Made by a program: the position numbers and the translations under genes. Shown one piece after another: positions 29,301-41,008 of a stretch of 64,000 nucleotides of DNA. Positions within the stretch are counted from its first letter, which is position 1. Every line of letters starts with the position of its first letter. The DNA comes from an uncultured bacterium (lineage in GTDB: Bacteria; Chloroflexota; UBA5177; JANWHV01), in NCBI GenBank assembly GCA_963827235.1, contig CAWHAE010000010.1, positions 320,001 through 384,000 on the forward strand. Reading direction: 5' to 3'. The notes under the pieces are model-generated. The model did not search any database and was not told where the DNA came from. It saw only the letters and a program-made list of their open reading frames with translations.

Positions 29301-29982
29301 GCTCACCCGTGTCTATCAGTCGCCGCTCCGCAGCCATCGTGGCACGGGCGAACTCGGTGGGCAAGAAATCGGCGTCCGTCTTGCCCACGGCCTGCGCCGG
29401 CTCGTCCAGCCCCAAATGTTGAGCATGTGCGCGGTTGACCCGGAAGAAACGTGTGGCTCTGTCCTTGAAGTAGATGGACTCGGGCACCGTGTCCATCAGG
29501 GCTTGGAAGAGGTCGCGTTCGGCGACCAGTTCCTGTTCCATCCGCCGGCGTTCAGTGATATCCTCGAACTCTACGACTACCTCCGTCGGGCGGTCTGCAC
29601 CGGCGGCGGTGATCGGGATGGCAGCAATGTTGAGCCAGCGATAGCGTTGGTCCACGGGATGAAACACGCCTATGACCACGTCGTGGATCTCCTCGCCCGT
29701 GGCAAGGGCGACGCTCGCCGGATGCGTCGCGCCCGGGAAGTCGCTGCCGTCGGGGTGGATGGTACGCCAGCGTGGGTCGACGGACGTCCGCCCTTGCAAC
29801 TGACCGAGTGTCAGACCCAGCAAGCGCTGCGCCGCCTGATTGGCGGTCGTGATGACCCCCTCCGCATCGTGGAAGACCACGCCTAATGACGTATGCTCAA
29901 ACAGAAAGCGATAGCGGCCCCCGTCGTCGCCCGGTGTCTGTTCGGCGTCCGAACGCACTGTCTCTTCGTTCAACCCGCTCAT
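26391..29982 (-). CDS. 5xPAS sensor histidine kinase with C-terminal LacI-type ligand-binding domain; +1 frameshift near 27623
   Basis: Five PAS/PAC units; H-box 'SHELRSPLT'. 'ADPDR' continues in another frame as 'AVQILLNLIDNAAKYS', 'DFGTG', 'GTGLGL', then 'VIVPDVANHFY...VAVVGYDD...LTTVR'. Confidence 0.8.
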
Positions 29983-30427
29983 GTGGGGTACCGTCCATTC
30001 CCCTCGCGTGGAGAGCATGAAGCTGACGATGGCACCCCGGTCCGGCACCGACGCCATCCAGACACGCCTGCCAGACCGCTCGGTGATCTGGAAGCAGGCG
30101 GCCAGCGCGATGCTGGCTCTCTTGACGACGACGCGGGTGCGCCAACTGAGCGGCTCATAGCTCTCCCCACCGTCTCAGAGTGGCCTCTGTGTGATGAGAA
30201 TAGCACTCTCAGCCGTGTATTGGAACGGGTCCCGCGCCTACGGATCAGGGGGAAACGCTGGTACTGTGAAAGTACTCCCAGGAAGGAGGTATACACGCGC
30301 AGCAGGCGATCCGACTACCCAACCCCAACTTCTCCACCCAACTGGGGCAACACCTTGAACATGGCGCAACGTGTCGATTGGGCCCCGATTGACTGCTTGT
30401 GCCGAGCACCTGATGAGGAGTCATGCT

Positions 30428-33094
30428 ATGTCCCGATGGCTGCCCGTCGTACTCTTCGCACTCGTGCTCCAGGTGGCGGTCTCGCCCCTTTCGCGTGGAT
30501 ATCAGGCTGCTCTGGCAAAGCCAGGCCCGGCTCCGGCGAAGCCCGCGGGCACGGCGCGGGTGCTGATGCTGAGCGTGCAGCCTCCCAAGGTCCAGGTCGG
30601 CCGCGACGTCTCGCTCCGTATCCGCGTGGCGGATGACTCGGGCAGGCCCGTGTCGCGCGCCGTGGTCAGCATCACCGGCGCCGATCGCCCTGGCCTGGGC
30701 GTCGCGAACTCCGGCACCTTCAACTTCACCGTGCACGCCGCATTGCTGGGCACGATCGTGGTGCGAGCCAGCCGAGCCGGTTTCTCCCCGGTCACAGTGA
30801 TGGTGCCCATCGTGTCCGGCTCACCGGCTACGGTCGTCGCGATCAAGTCGGGTCTAGCGGTAGTGGTACCGCACGCGAAGGCCCAATCGGGCAAGGTGGG
30901 CACCGACCTCTTCGAGCTCTATCACGCCGTGACTGCCAAGAGCCAATATGCCTCGCTGGTGCTTCGCGACGGCACCATGCTGGACATGAACGCAAATACC
31001 GACGTGGTGATCCACGATCCCTTGCACACCACGCTGAAAGACGGCGAATTGTTCATGGAGGTCGTTCACGGCGAAGCAAGTCACCAGATTCAGGTCGGTA
31101 ATGCAGTGGCTGCCACCAAGGGCACGCGTCTCGACGTAAAGGGAGACTCCAGAACTCAGACGTGGGTGGTGACGGTGATTGAAGGGCAGGTTAGGGTCAC
31201 CAATGTCAAGCTGAAGGGGGCGACGAGCAGCATCCTGGTTGGGTCAGGGCAACAGTGTACCGTGGTAGGCAACTTCCCCCCGAGCAAACCCACAGCGGTG
31301 GACGTGAGCAAAGCGATCGTATGGGTAAACAAGGTGCCAAACACCAACAGTACCACTGTTCCCCCTGTGCTCAACCTTCCGCTGCCGCGCTTCGTATCAC
31401 CCGTTGTGCCTCCTCCACCCGGCGGCACGCCCGCAATCACCATCACACGCTCCCTGTCGAGCACCACCTGGACAGCCGCGAGCGGCCCCTATCTCCTGGA
31501 TGGCGGAGTAACCGTGCTCGCGGGGAGCACGCTGACTATCGAGCCGGGCACCAAGGTGGAGATGGGACCCAACGCCTACCTGTCCGTGCAGGGCACGCTC
31601 CTGGCACAGGGCACCGACGCGGCACCAATCATCTTCACCAGCGCCCTGGCATATCCCAGACCGGGTGACTGGCAGTACATCCGATTCGACGGATCCGGCG
31701 CGGCCGCCAGTGTGTTCGACCACGTGCAGGTCTTCTATGGCGGTGGCGGGGATGGCAACGCTCTCGGCATGCTGTCGCTGACGGGAGGAGCCAATCTCAC
31801 GGTAAGCGACGACGTCTTCAGCCAGGGCGCCGGGCTGGGGATGTCGATTGACGACGCCACTCGCCCCACGGTGACCGACTGCGTCTTTGCCGGGAACGGC
31901 AGCTATGCTCTCGAGGCGCCGGTCGACGACCTCGGGCTGATCACCGGCATCAGCTACGGTCCAGGCCAAGCGGGTATGCAGGTGCGAGGCGGCGCGGTCA
32001 GCCACGATGCCACCTGGCAGCGTCCCGATGTGCCGGTCGAGCTGCTGGGTGGCAGCACCATAGGGGCGGGCGTCAAGGTGACCATCGCGCCCGGCGCTAC
32101 CGTGGCGATGGGCCCCAATGCCTACCTGTCCGTGCAGGGCACGCTCCTGGCACAGGGCACCGACGCGGCACCAATCGTCTTCACCAGTGCCTCGTCACAG
32201 CCCAAGCCTGGTGACTGGCAGTACATTCGATTCGACGGATCCGGCGCCGCCGGCAGCGTGTTCGACCACGTGCAGGTCTTCTATGGCGGTGGCGGGGATG
32301 GCAACGCTCTCGCCATGCTGTCGCTGACGGGAGGAGCCAATCTCACGGTGAGCAACGACGTCTTCAGCCAGGGCGCCGGGCTGGGGATGTCGATTGACGA
32401 CGCGACTCGCCCCACCGTGACCGACTGCATCTTCGCCGGGAACGGCAGCTACGCACTCGAGGCGCCGGTCGACGACCTCGGGCTGATCACCGGCACCAGC
32501 TACGGGCCGGACCAGACGGGCATGCAGGTGCGTGGCGGCGCGGTCAGCCACGATGCCACCTGGCAGTTTCCCGATGTGCCGGTCGAGCTGCTGGGTGGCA
32601 GCACCATAGGGGCGGGCGTCAAGGTGACCATCGCGCCCGGCGCTACCCTGGCGATGGGCCCCAATGCCTACCTGTCCGTGCAGGGCACGCTCCTGGCACA
32701 GGGTACCAGCGCGGCGCCAATCACATTCACCAGTGCCCTGGCATATCCCAAGCCGGGCGATTGGCAAGTCATCCGGTTCGACGGCGCCGGGGCGAGTCCC
32801 AGCGTGCTGGACTATGTGCAGATTCTCTACGGCGGCACCAATGCCGGTGACTTCGGCATGCTGTCCGTGACCGGGGGTGCCAGCCCAACCGTCACGAACT
32901 GCCTAGTCGCCGACGCTGCGAAGATAGCAGTCTGGGTGGGAGACGGCCATCCTACCATCGCTTACTGTAGGTTCCGAGATGATGGCGGCGCGGCAATCAG
33001 CATCCCCGCAGCAGATCCAGCGCGTATTCACGACAACACCTTTGCGTCCGGGCAGGCGGGAGTACAGGTGCGGACTAACGGCGAACCGTTTTGA
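30428..33094 (+). CDS. Secreted protein: signal peptide, Ig-like region, FecR-like domain, beta-helix repeats
   Basis: Signal 'MSRWLPVVLFALVLQ'; 'LRDGTMLDMNANT..AATKGT..VTVIEGQVRV'; repeats 'LTIEPG..LSVQGTLLAQGT..PIIFTS..PGDWQYIRF'. RBS GAGGAG. Confidence 0.75.
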   Translation: MSRWLPVVLFALVLQVAVSPLSRGYQAALAKPGPAPAKPAGTARVLMLSVQPPKVQVGRDVSLRIRVADDSGRPVSRAVVSITGADRPGLGVANSGTFNFTVHAALLGTIVVRASRAGFSPVTVMVPIVSGSPATVVAIKSGLAVVVPHAKAQSGKVGTDLFELYHAVTAKSQYASLVLRDGTMLDMNANTDVVIHDPLHTTLKDGELFMEVVHGEASHQIQVGNAVAATKGTRLDVKGDSRTQTWVVTVIEGQVRVTNVKLKGATSSILVGSGQQCTVVGNFPPSKPTAVDVSKAIVWVNKVPNTNSTTVPPVLNLPLPRFVSPVVPPPPGGTPAITITRSLSSTTWTAASGPYLLDGGVTVLAGSTLTIEPGTKVEMGPNAYLSVQGTLLAQGTDAAPIIFTSALAYPRPGDWQYIRFDGSGAAASVFDHVQVFYGGGGDGNALGMLSLTGGANLTVSDDVFSQGAGLGMSIDDATRPTVTDCVFAGNGSYALEAPVDDLGLITGISYGPGQAGMQVRGGAVSHDATWQRPDVPVELLGGSTIGAGVKVTIAPGATVAMGPNAYLSVQGTLLAQGTDAAPIVFTSASSQPKPGDWQYIRFDGSGAAGSVFDHVQVFYGGGGDGNALAMLSLTGGANLTVSNDVFSQGAGLGMSIDDATRPTVTDCIFAGNGSYALEAPVDDLGLITGTSYGPDQTGMQVRGGAVSHDATWQFPDVPVELLGGSTIGAGVKVTIAPGATLAMGPNAYLSVQGTLLAQGTSAAPITFTSALAYPKPGDWQVIRFDGAGASPSVLDYVQILYGGTNAGDFGMLSVTGGASPTVTNCLVADAAKIAVWVGDGHPTIAYCRFRDDGGAAISIPAADPARIHDNTFASGQAGVQVRTNGEPF
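31530..32830 (+). repeat. Intragenic tandem repeat, 546-bp (182 aa) period, about 2.4 units
   Basis: 'MGPNAYLSVQGTLLAQGT' starts at 31562, 32108 and 32654. Confidence 0.92.
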
Positions 33095-33321
33095 GCCACG
33101 CTGCTGCCGGGCACGGTGCATTTGTTAGCCAGGCAGCACCGACGGACGGCGCTCAAGCGAGCCACTCCGCATCAGGCTACGTGGGTGGTCCCATCGGGGC
33201 AGACTGAGCGCCGTCGGTGGCTTTCGTGCCCACGGAATCGATCATCGCTTCCAGCGAAACCGACTGAAGCTCATGGCCTGTACCAGATGAGGACACGTAG
33301 CGCGAGAGCATCGGTCTCGCG

Positions 33322-34179
33322 CTACGTGAGGGCCTGGCGATAGAGCGCGATGAGCTTGCCCCAGGCGCGCTCAGCAGCCGGCTCATTGTAGATCGGTACG
33401 CCGCGCTCCACCGGCATGTCCGGGATGCACCAGCCGTGCAGAGCGCCCGCATAGACCTCGACTTCCGCGGGTACTTGCGCCGCCGCGAACTCCTCTCGCA
33501 GCCTGTCTTTAGCCTCTGGTTGCCGCGTGTCGTCGTTCGCGGCAATGCCGAAATACATGCGCGCCCTGATCTTGGGAGCGAGCAGATGCGGACTATCCGG
33601 CTTCTCCGTGACCAGGCTGCCGCCGTGGAAGGAGGCTGCGGCCCCTACACGCTGGGGGAGTGCCGCGGCGGTCCTGACCGCCAGCGCACCGCCCATGCAG
33701 TAGCCCTGCGTGCCGATCGGCCTGGCGGTGTCGACCTGAGGCTGTGCATCCAGGAAGGCGATGTAAGCAGTGGCATCCTGTTCCAGGGCACCGGGCGCGT
33801 GCAGCGGCGCGACCAATTGCTGGAGTGCCGCCCGGTCGGCCGGATTCTGGAAGCTGAAGGAGCCGGTCAGGACGGGTGCCCTGGACGAGCGATAGTAGGG
33901 GTTGGGCACCAGCACGGCGTAGCCATCCGCCGCCAGCCGCCTGGCCAGATCCCGCATCACCGGGCGGAGCCCGAATGCGTCCGGCCAGATGAGGACGCCG
34001 GGGTGGGCGCCGGACACCGGGTGCAGGAGGACGGCGTCGCAGAGGCCATCGGGAGTCGGGACCACGACGTCGGCTTCCGCAACCGTCAGCGCTGAACCTA
34101 CCCGTGGCGCGGCGGAGGTGCCGGCGTGCTCGCGGCGCGCATGCTGCGATGCCGGCGTGTCCAGCCCGTCATCTGTCAT
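33322..34179 (-). CDS. Dienelactone hydrolase family protein
   Basis: 'PDAFGLRP', 'GYCMGG', 'SFHGG', 'HGWC'; start uncertain. Confidence 0.9.
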   Translation of the reverse strand: MTDDGLDTPASQHARREHAGTSAAPRVGSALTVAEADVVVPTPDGLCDAVLLHPVSGAHPGVLIWPDAFGLRPVMRDLARRLAADGYAVLVPNPYYRSSRAPVLTGSFSFQNPADRAALQQLVAPLHAPGALEQDATAYIAFLDAQPQVDTARPIGTQGYCMGGALAVRTAAALPQRVGAAASFHGGSLVTEKPDSPHLLAPKIRARMYFGIAANDDTRQPEAKDRLREEFAAAQVPAEVEVYAGALHGWCIPDMPVERGVPIYNEPAAERAWGKLIALYRQALT

Positions 34180-34574
34180 CGATGAACCTTCCCTTTTCAT
34201 AATCGACTGCGCCAGTTCGGCGCCGGCCCGCTCCACGGTGTGGAAGGGGCCCCATCGATCATGCCCCCAATGTTGCCGAATGCCAATCCGGGGTCCGGGC
34301 TTCCGCGCCGCGCCTGCCGGCGCTGTCATGAGGCGCCCCGGCATTGCGGGGCGACGGGCACCAGCGCCAGTGAGGGACCAGCTAACCTTCGCACTTCCCC
34401 ACTGCCCTGGAACAACGCGATGCAGTGCGCGCTGCACCACCGGAAGCGTTGGCGTGTGCCCGCGACTTGTCACCGGGCCAGGCAATTGGAGTACCCACAA
34501 TGGTCGAGCGAGACGAGCTAAGTGCACGCTTCGCCCACATTTGTCCAGTATGGCGATAGACAATAGTGAGAATA

Positions 34575-34583
34575 TGCTATACT
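34575..34583 (+). promoter_or_regulatory. Extended -10 promoter element upstream of the OsmC gene
   Basis: TG-C-TATACT in an AT-rich patch about 45 nt before the ATG. Confidence 0.45.
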
Positions 34584-34626
34584 TGGCTATCAGGTCGCGA
34601 CTACTTCGGAAAGAAGATGAGGTCCC

Positions 34627-35160
34627 ATGGCTGCAGAATCTACGAGCACCACCGTCAATCTGGGCTTCGACCAGCAGCAGCTCGAGGGGCTGATCGCCGC
34701 GGTCAAAGCGCAGCCCGGGGTCGGGAAGACCGTCTGGCAGGCGCGCACACACTGGCTGGGCGGCTTCAGGAGCGAGGCCCACATCCGCGATTTCAGCATC
34801 CAGATGGACGAGCCGCCGCCCTTAGGAGGCTCCAATACGGCACCGAACATGGTCGAGGTGGTGCTCGGCGCCTACGGATCGTGCTTGACCACCGGCTACG
34901 TCATGAACGCGGCGCTCCGCGGCATCAAGCTGGAGTCCGTAGACATCACGCTGGAGGGAGATCTCGACCTCGGCGGATTCTTCGCCCTGTCGCCGGACAC
35001 CCCTCCGGGCTACACCGGTATACGTACCAGCGTGCAGCTGACCGCGCCCGAGGCGACACCTGAGCAGCTAAGGGATCTGCACGAGCACGTTCTGAAGACC
35101 TCTCCGGTGGGATCGATCCTCACGCGGCCCGTCAGCATCGAGACCACGCTGAGTATCTGA
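34627..35160 (+). CDS. OsmC/Ohr family protein
   Basis: 'DEPPPLGGSNTAPN.VE..LGAYGSC', 'LEGDLDL.GF', 'TSPVG'. Confidence 0.88.
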   Translation: MAAESTSTTVNLGFDQQQLEGLIAAVKAQPGVGKTVWQARTHWLGGFRSEAHIRDFSIQMDEPPPLGGSNTAPNMVEVVLGAYGSCLTTGYVMNAALRGIKLESVDITLEGDLDLGGFFALSPDTPPGYTGIRTSVQLTAPEATPEQLRDLHEHVLKTSPVGSILTRPVSIETTLSI

Positions 35161-35966
35161 ATCGGAGCGGCGACCGATCCGGTACTCCGCACCGATAAAG
35201 ACGGACGGGTCGCTCTATCCTGCCGACGTTCGGGTCCGCCGCGCCATGTTCGGCGAGCGGCGGACGGGACGGCATCGCGGCACGGAGGGTAGAACAGCGC
35301 GTGACTCCGTGCGCGTGGACGATCATCACGGTCGCGCTGCACAGCGGTCTCTGCCGAGCAACGGCGGATCGACACGGGCACGGAGCCGCCTCCGGGACCC
35401 TGCCCCAGCCTGCATAACATTGTCCGCCCGCCGACCAGCACCCGCCTGGCCGGCCGCACAGCCGGGACGCGTCGACCAGACGCAGTATTTCGAGTTGCAG
35501 ATCGCCGTCATTGTCCGGCGCATACGCCGATTTCCGGCACGCCGATCAGCGCGCCCGGCGCTCTATCACCAGCCTGGTAGACTGCAAGTAGGGTGCAAAT
35601 GGCGCTCGAGCCCGGCAGCCCTTCGCGGGTGATTTAGCGCGTACCGCCATGGTTTGGGCACAGGTGAGGCGGCATGTGCGAGGCTACGTCGATTCATCCA
35701 TGCCAGCACTGCTGGACGGTCAGGCGCTACGAATCCGACGACCATTCGGTGCAGACTTTCCACCGGATCCGCCATGCTGCCGCGAGCCCGTTCCAGGCTC
35801 TGCGTATCAGCCCCAGTAGTTGAGCTTGCCGGGGCCACCCCAAATGCCGAGTTTTCGGCAGAGGTGAGATTCGATTAACCGGCATTGACGGAACACGGCA
35901 TCGATACTGCGAAGCCTCGCGTGGGCTTCCCAGTCTCGCATCCGGTTCGGAAAGGGTTGGCGGTCC

Positions 35967-37340
35967 ATGCGCTTCTTCTTCGCCATCGTCACCGCGGGGC
36001 TCGTCATCGCAGCAGTCTGCGGACTGGCCAACACCTGGGACGGCAGCTACTACCTGTTCCGCACGCTCGACAGCCGAGTACCATATGTCACGCACCAGCG
36101 CGTGCTGGACTTTGCCCTCAGTGCACCCAGCCTGGCAGCGAGCTATTTCACGGCAGACCTGAGCTCCATCCGCGTCGTCTTTGGCCTTTCGTACATCCTC
36201 TTGCCTTTGGCGTCGCTGGCGGCATGCTGGTGGATCGTGCGCAAGAGAGCACCGGCGCTCTTCGTCTGGCCGGCGCTCGGTATCGGTATCGGCATGGCTC
36301 CGGGAATGCTCAGCCTCACCACCGAGGCAAACGAAGCAGTGGAGCTGTTCTGGCCGGTTCTGCTCAGTTTGCTGATCGGAATGCCTCGGGAAACCATGTG
36401 GCTGGCGGCGACCATGACCGTGCTGACCTTCTTCACTCACCCCACGTCGGCGGCAATCCTCGCCTTCGGAGCCGTGGTAGCGATTGTGGTCGCCTCACGG
36501 CGGAGCGATGAGCGGCCGATACTGGCCGCCTGGGCGCAAGGTTTGGCGCTGCTGGCCATCGCTCGCTACGTGTTCATCCGCCCCGACTCCTATGAGCAAG
36601 GCGAGCTCTCCCTCAGCACCCTGACCGATAGCTTCAAATCCGCCGTAGAAGGGACGCCACTGTGGGCGCTGACTCTGGCCTGGATAGCGGGCGTGCTGAT
36701 CATCGTCGCCCCATTCGCAGCCAGGCGATGGTCGGCGCAGACGGCGATGATGGTGCGATTCTATGGGGCTGCCTGCGCTGTTGTCGCCGGCATGCTGCTC
36801 ATCTACTGGGCGCAGGACCCGTCGAGCTGGGGCAATGAGCTGTCGTTCAAGGGCTGCGTGCTGGCCGTCTCTGTCCCGTTCTTCCTCCTGGCAACCGCCG
36901 ATGCCCTGGCCGGCGTCTCCCTCAACAAAGACCCCCTTGACCAGCGTGAGGGCCGATTCAGAGTGGGGATTGCCCAGGCTGCAGGCGTCGTTCTGTTTGC
37001 TGTGCTGGCGATCCAAGGCACGCAGTTTGCAGGCCTAACCGATCGATTGCGACAGGAGCTGGCGACGAGCAAGTCGCCCTGCCTGGGCATCGACCAACTA
37101 CCGTACCTGCAGCAGACGGGCCTCAATCACTGGTCGCTCTCCAGCCTTGCCCTTCTGGTGCAGCCCGAGAAGCCGCGCGTCATCGTGCTGTTCGACAACA
37201 CCTGCAAACAGGCCGAGCAAACGGGACGGTTTCAATTGATCAATTGGGACTCGGGCAGCTCCAGCACCACCTGGTTTGACCTGTCGCTCGTGCGTTCGCG
37301 CCTTGCCGCTCAGCGCACTGCGATAGCCAAGATCCGGTAG
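35967..37340 (+). CDS. Hypothetical polytopic membrane protein
   Basis: 457-aa ORF with many hydrophobic segments and a soluble C-terminal region with 2 Cys. Confidence 0.7.
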   Translation: MRFFFAIVTAGLVIAAVCGLANTWDGSYYLFRTLDSRVPYVTHQRVLDFALSAPSLAASYFTADLSSIRVVFGLSYILLPLASLAACWWIVRKRAPALFVWPALGIGIGMAPGMLSLTTEANEAVELFWPVLLSLLIGMPRETMWLAATMTVLTFFTHPTSAAILAFGAVVAIVVASRRSDERPILAAWAQGLALLAIARYVFIRPDSYEQGELSLSTLTDSFKSAVEGTPLWALTLAWIAGVLIIVAPFAARRWSAQTAMMVRFYGAACAVVAGMLLIYWAQDPSSWGNELSFKGCVLAVSVPFFLLATADALAGVSLNKDPLDQREGRFRVGIAQAAGVVLFAVLAIQGTQFAGLTDRLRQELATSKSPCLGIDQLPYLQQTGLNHWSLSSLALLVQPEKPRVIVLFDNTCKQAEQTGRFQLINWDSGSSSTTWFDLSLVRSRLAAQRTAIAKIR

Positions 37341-37729
37341 GCGACCGCGCTCGTATGCAACCTACTTCACCGGGGGCGCACAGTCCGGCACGATGCGCGC
37401 GGTGAGACCAGAGGGGTGCTCCTGAGCAGCCCGGATAACAATCCCGGCTGGACCGCACCTGACGCAGGACCGGTAGTCTAGAACCGATGGTCACCGATAG
37501 CGGCGGCGGTATCGTCGCCGCTTCCTCTTGCCGGATGCTCGGCGCTTCCCGTTCCAACCAGGGCGGTGGGCTGCCGCCACAATGACTCAACTGACCCGAG
37601 TTCTGAGCAGTTGATGCGATTGATCCTTGCCGTCCGCCTAAAGTTTTCTGTGCACGTGCCGATAGATGAGTGCAGGTGCCTCCGTGACTCCGTACGGTCG
37701 ACCCACGCGAACGAAAGGAACAAGGCGCG

Positions 37730-39808
37730 ATGTCGTGGTTCAGGAATCTTGGCCTCATGTCCAAGCTGCTTGGAGCGTTCATGACAATGTCTCTCCTCGC
37801 ACTGCTAGTCGGTGCAGCGGGCCTAGTCGGACTCAACAACATCAACAGTCGCGCACAGACGATGGCCGACCGCTCGACGCCGGCCATCGTCGACCTGCTG
37901 ACGCTCCACGACAATATCAACTGGGAGATGCGCGCCATCCGCGGCGAGATTCTCGCTACTACAGCCGCGAAGATTGCCGATGTGAGCGGTGATGCCGTGA
38001 CCGCTCGCGCGAACATGCTGGCGGCTTTCAAGAAGTTCCAGGCGCTGCCCTCCCTGAACGCGGCCGACGCCGGCGCGACCGGGCGGATTGGCACGAACCT
38101 TAGCGACTTCATCACTCAGAGCGCAAAGGTGCAGCAGCTAGCAGCCGTGAACACGCCCGCCGGAAAGGCAGCGGCCTTCCAGCTGTCGGGAGGGCCCCAA
38201 GCCGATGCGATCGATCGCATCGACCCCGACTATCAGCTGCTTCTGACAGACGCTCAGAAAGCCGTCGATACCGCCGCCGCGAACGCGAACACGACGTACC
38301 GCGACGCGCGGCTCGCGCTGGCCATCGTGCTGATCCTGACCGTCCTCTTCGCTATGAGCCTGGGCGTGCTGATAGCCCGATCGCTGGTTCGCCCGCTTGC
38401 CGAGGTAGCCCACTCGTTGAACGCCGCGGCGGGTGGCAGCATCGCCGGCCTGGAGGCCGGCATGCAGGCCCTGGCCAGGGGCGACCTGTCGATGGCCGCT
38501 GCCGCGGCGGCTGTGCCGCCAACCTACACGAGCAGGGACGAAATCGGTCGGACAGCCGACGCCGCGCGCCAGATCGTCGCCAAGATACACGGCACCATCG
38601 ACGCCTACGAAGATGCTCGGGCCGAGCTGGCAGGGATGATTCAGCAGGTAGATCGATCGGCAGAACAGGTGAGCATAGGCGTTGCCCAGCTTGCAGATGC
38701 CACCCAGCAAGTGGGTCTAGCCAGCTCCCAGATCGCCCGGTCGATCGAGGAAGTGGCTCGCGGCGCGGCGGAGCAGTCCAAAGATAGCGCCGCGGCGACC
38801 GCCCAGATGACGAGCCTTGACGTGGCGATCACGCGCGTGTCGAGCGGGGCCAAGATACAGCTTCAGACGGTTGAGCAGACCAACCAGGCCGTCGCCGAGG
38901 TTCAGGAGGCCCTCGAGGCCACAACGCAGAACGTCAGCGCCGTCAACGGCGCGGCCGGTCGGGCTGCAGCCACGGCGAAATCCGGCGGAACGGCCGTGGC
39001 ACAGACCATCTCGAGCATCGACAGTGTGCGGGCTGCCGTGAAGAACAGCGCCGATCATGTCGAGGCGTTGGGCAAAGGTAGTCAGGAAATCGGCCAGATC
39101 GTGGAGGCCATTGACGACATCGCTTCCCAGACCAACCTCCTGGCTCTCAATGCCGCGATTGAAGCGGCTCGCGCCGGGGAGCACGGCAAGGGCTTTACTG
39201 TGGTGGCGGCCGAAGTGCGCAAGCTCGCCGAGCGTTCAAGCAGCGAAACCAAAGAGATCACGCTGCGCATCAATGCCATCCAGCAGCGGGTTACCGAGGT
39301 AGTCCAGGCCATGGCCGCGGGCATCAGGGAGGTGGAACAGAGCGCTACTCTTGGTCGCCAAGCCAGTGCTGCCCTGGAGAGTATCCTCGGTGCGGTGGAG
39401 GAGACCCATACCCAGGCCGCGGCAATCACCGGCGCGGTCGGCACAATGGCCACAGGCATGGCAGCCCTCAGCTCGGCATCGGAGAGACTTGCCGCGGTCG
39501 CCAGGGAGACTACCGATGCGGCCGGGCAGATGCAGGAATCCGCGCAGCTGGTGCGAAGCTCGATCGAAAGCATTGTCGCCGTGAGCGAGGAGAGTGCCGC
39601 TGGGGCCGAGGAGGTCTCGGCATCGACGGAGGAACAGAGCGCCACGGCCGAGCAGATGAGCGCGGGAGCGCAGGAGCTCGCAGCCTTAGCTTCCGGACTG
39701 AAGACACAGGTGGCTCGATTCACGATGGCCAAGTCCGACGGTGTGGCCGCTCGGGAGCATCTTCAAGAGAGCAGCTCGCCGGCAAACCGGCCCAGCAGCG
39801 CTGCCTAA
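37730..39808 (+). CDS. Methyl-accepting chemotaxis protein
   Basis: Two TM segments flanking a helical sensor; HAMP; '[40 protein letters not shown]'. Confidence 0.95.
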   Translation: MSWFRNLGLMSKLLGAFMTMSLLALLVGAAGLVGLNNINSRAQTMADRSTPAIVDLLTLHDNINWEMRAIRGEILATTAAKIADVSGDAVTARANMLAAFKKFQALPSLNAADAGATGRIGTNLSDFITQSAKVQQLAAVNTPAGKAAAFQLSGGPQADAIDRIDPDYQLLLTDAQKAVDTAAANANTTYRDARLALAIVLILTVLFAMSLGVLIARSLVRPLAEVAHSLNAAAGGSIAGLEAGMQALARGDLSMAAAAAAVPPTYTSRDEIGRTADAARQIVAKIHGTIDAYEDARAELAGMIQQVDRSAEQVSIGVAQLADATQQVGLASSQIARSIEEVARGAAEQSKDSAAATAQMTSLDVAITRVSSGAKIQLQTVEQTNQAVAEVQEALEATTQNVSAVNGAAGRAAATAKSGGTAVAQTISSIDSVRAAVKNSADHVEALGKGSQEIGQIVEAIDDIASQTNLLALNAAIEAARAGEHGKGFTVVAAEVRKLAERSSSETKEITLRINAIQQRVTEVVQAMAAGIREVEQSATLGRQASAALESILGAVEETHTQAAAITGAVGTMATGMAALSSASERLAAVARETTDAAGQMQESAQLVRSSIESIVAVSEESAAGAEEVSASTEEQSATAEQMSAGAQELAALASGLKTQVARFTMAKSDGVAAREHLQESSSPANRPSSAA

Positions 39809-40456
39809 GCGCATGCCACGCCGGAAGCCACATTGGCAGCGCCCGCCAAGCGCGGAGTACACTCCGCGCCTGGCGGGTTCAACCTCGGCCTGACTTCTGG
39901 TCGTGTCGTGGGACAGCAGTGGCCGCTTCGCTCTGTCAACGTGGAAGGGCCACGCCACGAGCCCCCAGCACCGGGAAGCGATGGACGCGGCCCTGGCTCT
40001 GCTCAAGCGGTAAGGCGCAAGCGAGCTGGTGAGCAACGCGACCGAGGGCGGTGCCATAGCTCCCGAAGACCAGGCCTGGACGGTGCACGACTGGACACCG
40101 CGTGCGTGCGCAGCCGGGCCGAAGCACACCGCGATCGTGATGCCAAAGTCGACCGTGTCGCAAATGGGTATGAGCAAGATCGTGGGTGGTGGAGACACAG
40201 GGCAGAGTGACGCACGCGCCCCATTCACGGATCTTGCATCGGCGTACACCCCATTCATGCGCGCGCCACCCGGGTAAGGTCGTCGCGGAAAAGTGCACTG
40301 TCGGTGAATTGCTATTTACCACAGCTGCGATAGCTGCTATGCTGAATGCAGTAGAGCAAACATCGATGCACTCTGAGTGAACCAGGAACCGTGCGCAGCC
40401 CGAGTGTGCCGGCCGCAGGCACCACCACAACGTCGATTCCGGAAAGGGGTACGACG

Positions 40457-40705
40457 ATGTATCTCGTCAGCAGATTCCGTCAGGTCAGTTTTGTCCGCGG
40501 CCCGCGCATGCGACTGGTGTCTATTCCCGCGGCGCTCGAGGCGCGCTATCCAGAAGGTGCGCGTCTGGAGTCACCACCTGCCGCCGGTGCTCAACGACCC
40601 CAGCTGCAGTGCAGGTGGGACGAGGCGCAGCGGTCCGACGTGTGCCTTGGAGGTGAGCGCTTCCGTGGCAGCGACATGCTCATGCACTGGATGCCGGTCC
40701 ACTGA
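40457..40705 (+). CDS. Small hypothetical protein (82 aa)
   Basis: GGAAAGGGG RBS before ATG 40457, downstream of an AT-rich promoter-like patch; no recognisable domain. Confidence 0.4.
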   Translation: MYLVSRFRQVSFVRGPRMRLVSIPAALEARYPEGARLESPPAAGAQRPQLQCRWDEAQRSDVCLGGERFRGSDMLMHWMPVH

Positions 40706-41008
40706 CACCGGGCTGGGCCTTGGCCTCGCGCAAACAGACGTCGAAGCATGCCGGCGTATACAGTGCCTGTGCTGGCGGTTGTGCTCCCGGCAGCCCACCG
40801 TTGGTGCCGGTTACGGCTTCGTGTCATCGAGCGCTATGACGCCAACGCCGGCACCCTGGGCGATGACCTGCACCACGTCGCCCGGTCCGACCAGCGCGAG
40901 CGTCGCCTGCAAGCCGCCGGTGCCTCGACAACCGCGCGCCATCGGCAGGTCACGTGAGCCGAACGGCACCTGGCAGCCGGGTATGGCGACGGCCTTGAGC
41001 GGGCGTGG

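Noticed and set aside
37400-37470. TPP riboswitch-like words (GGGGTGC..CTGAG..ACCTGA) upstream of the MCP
   Set aside because: It lacks CTGAGA and the downstream conserved P5/P1 elements, and the gene context does not fit.
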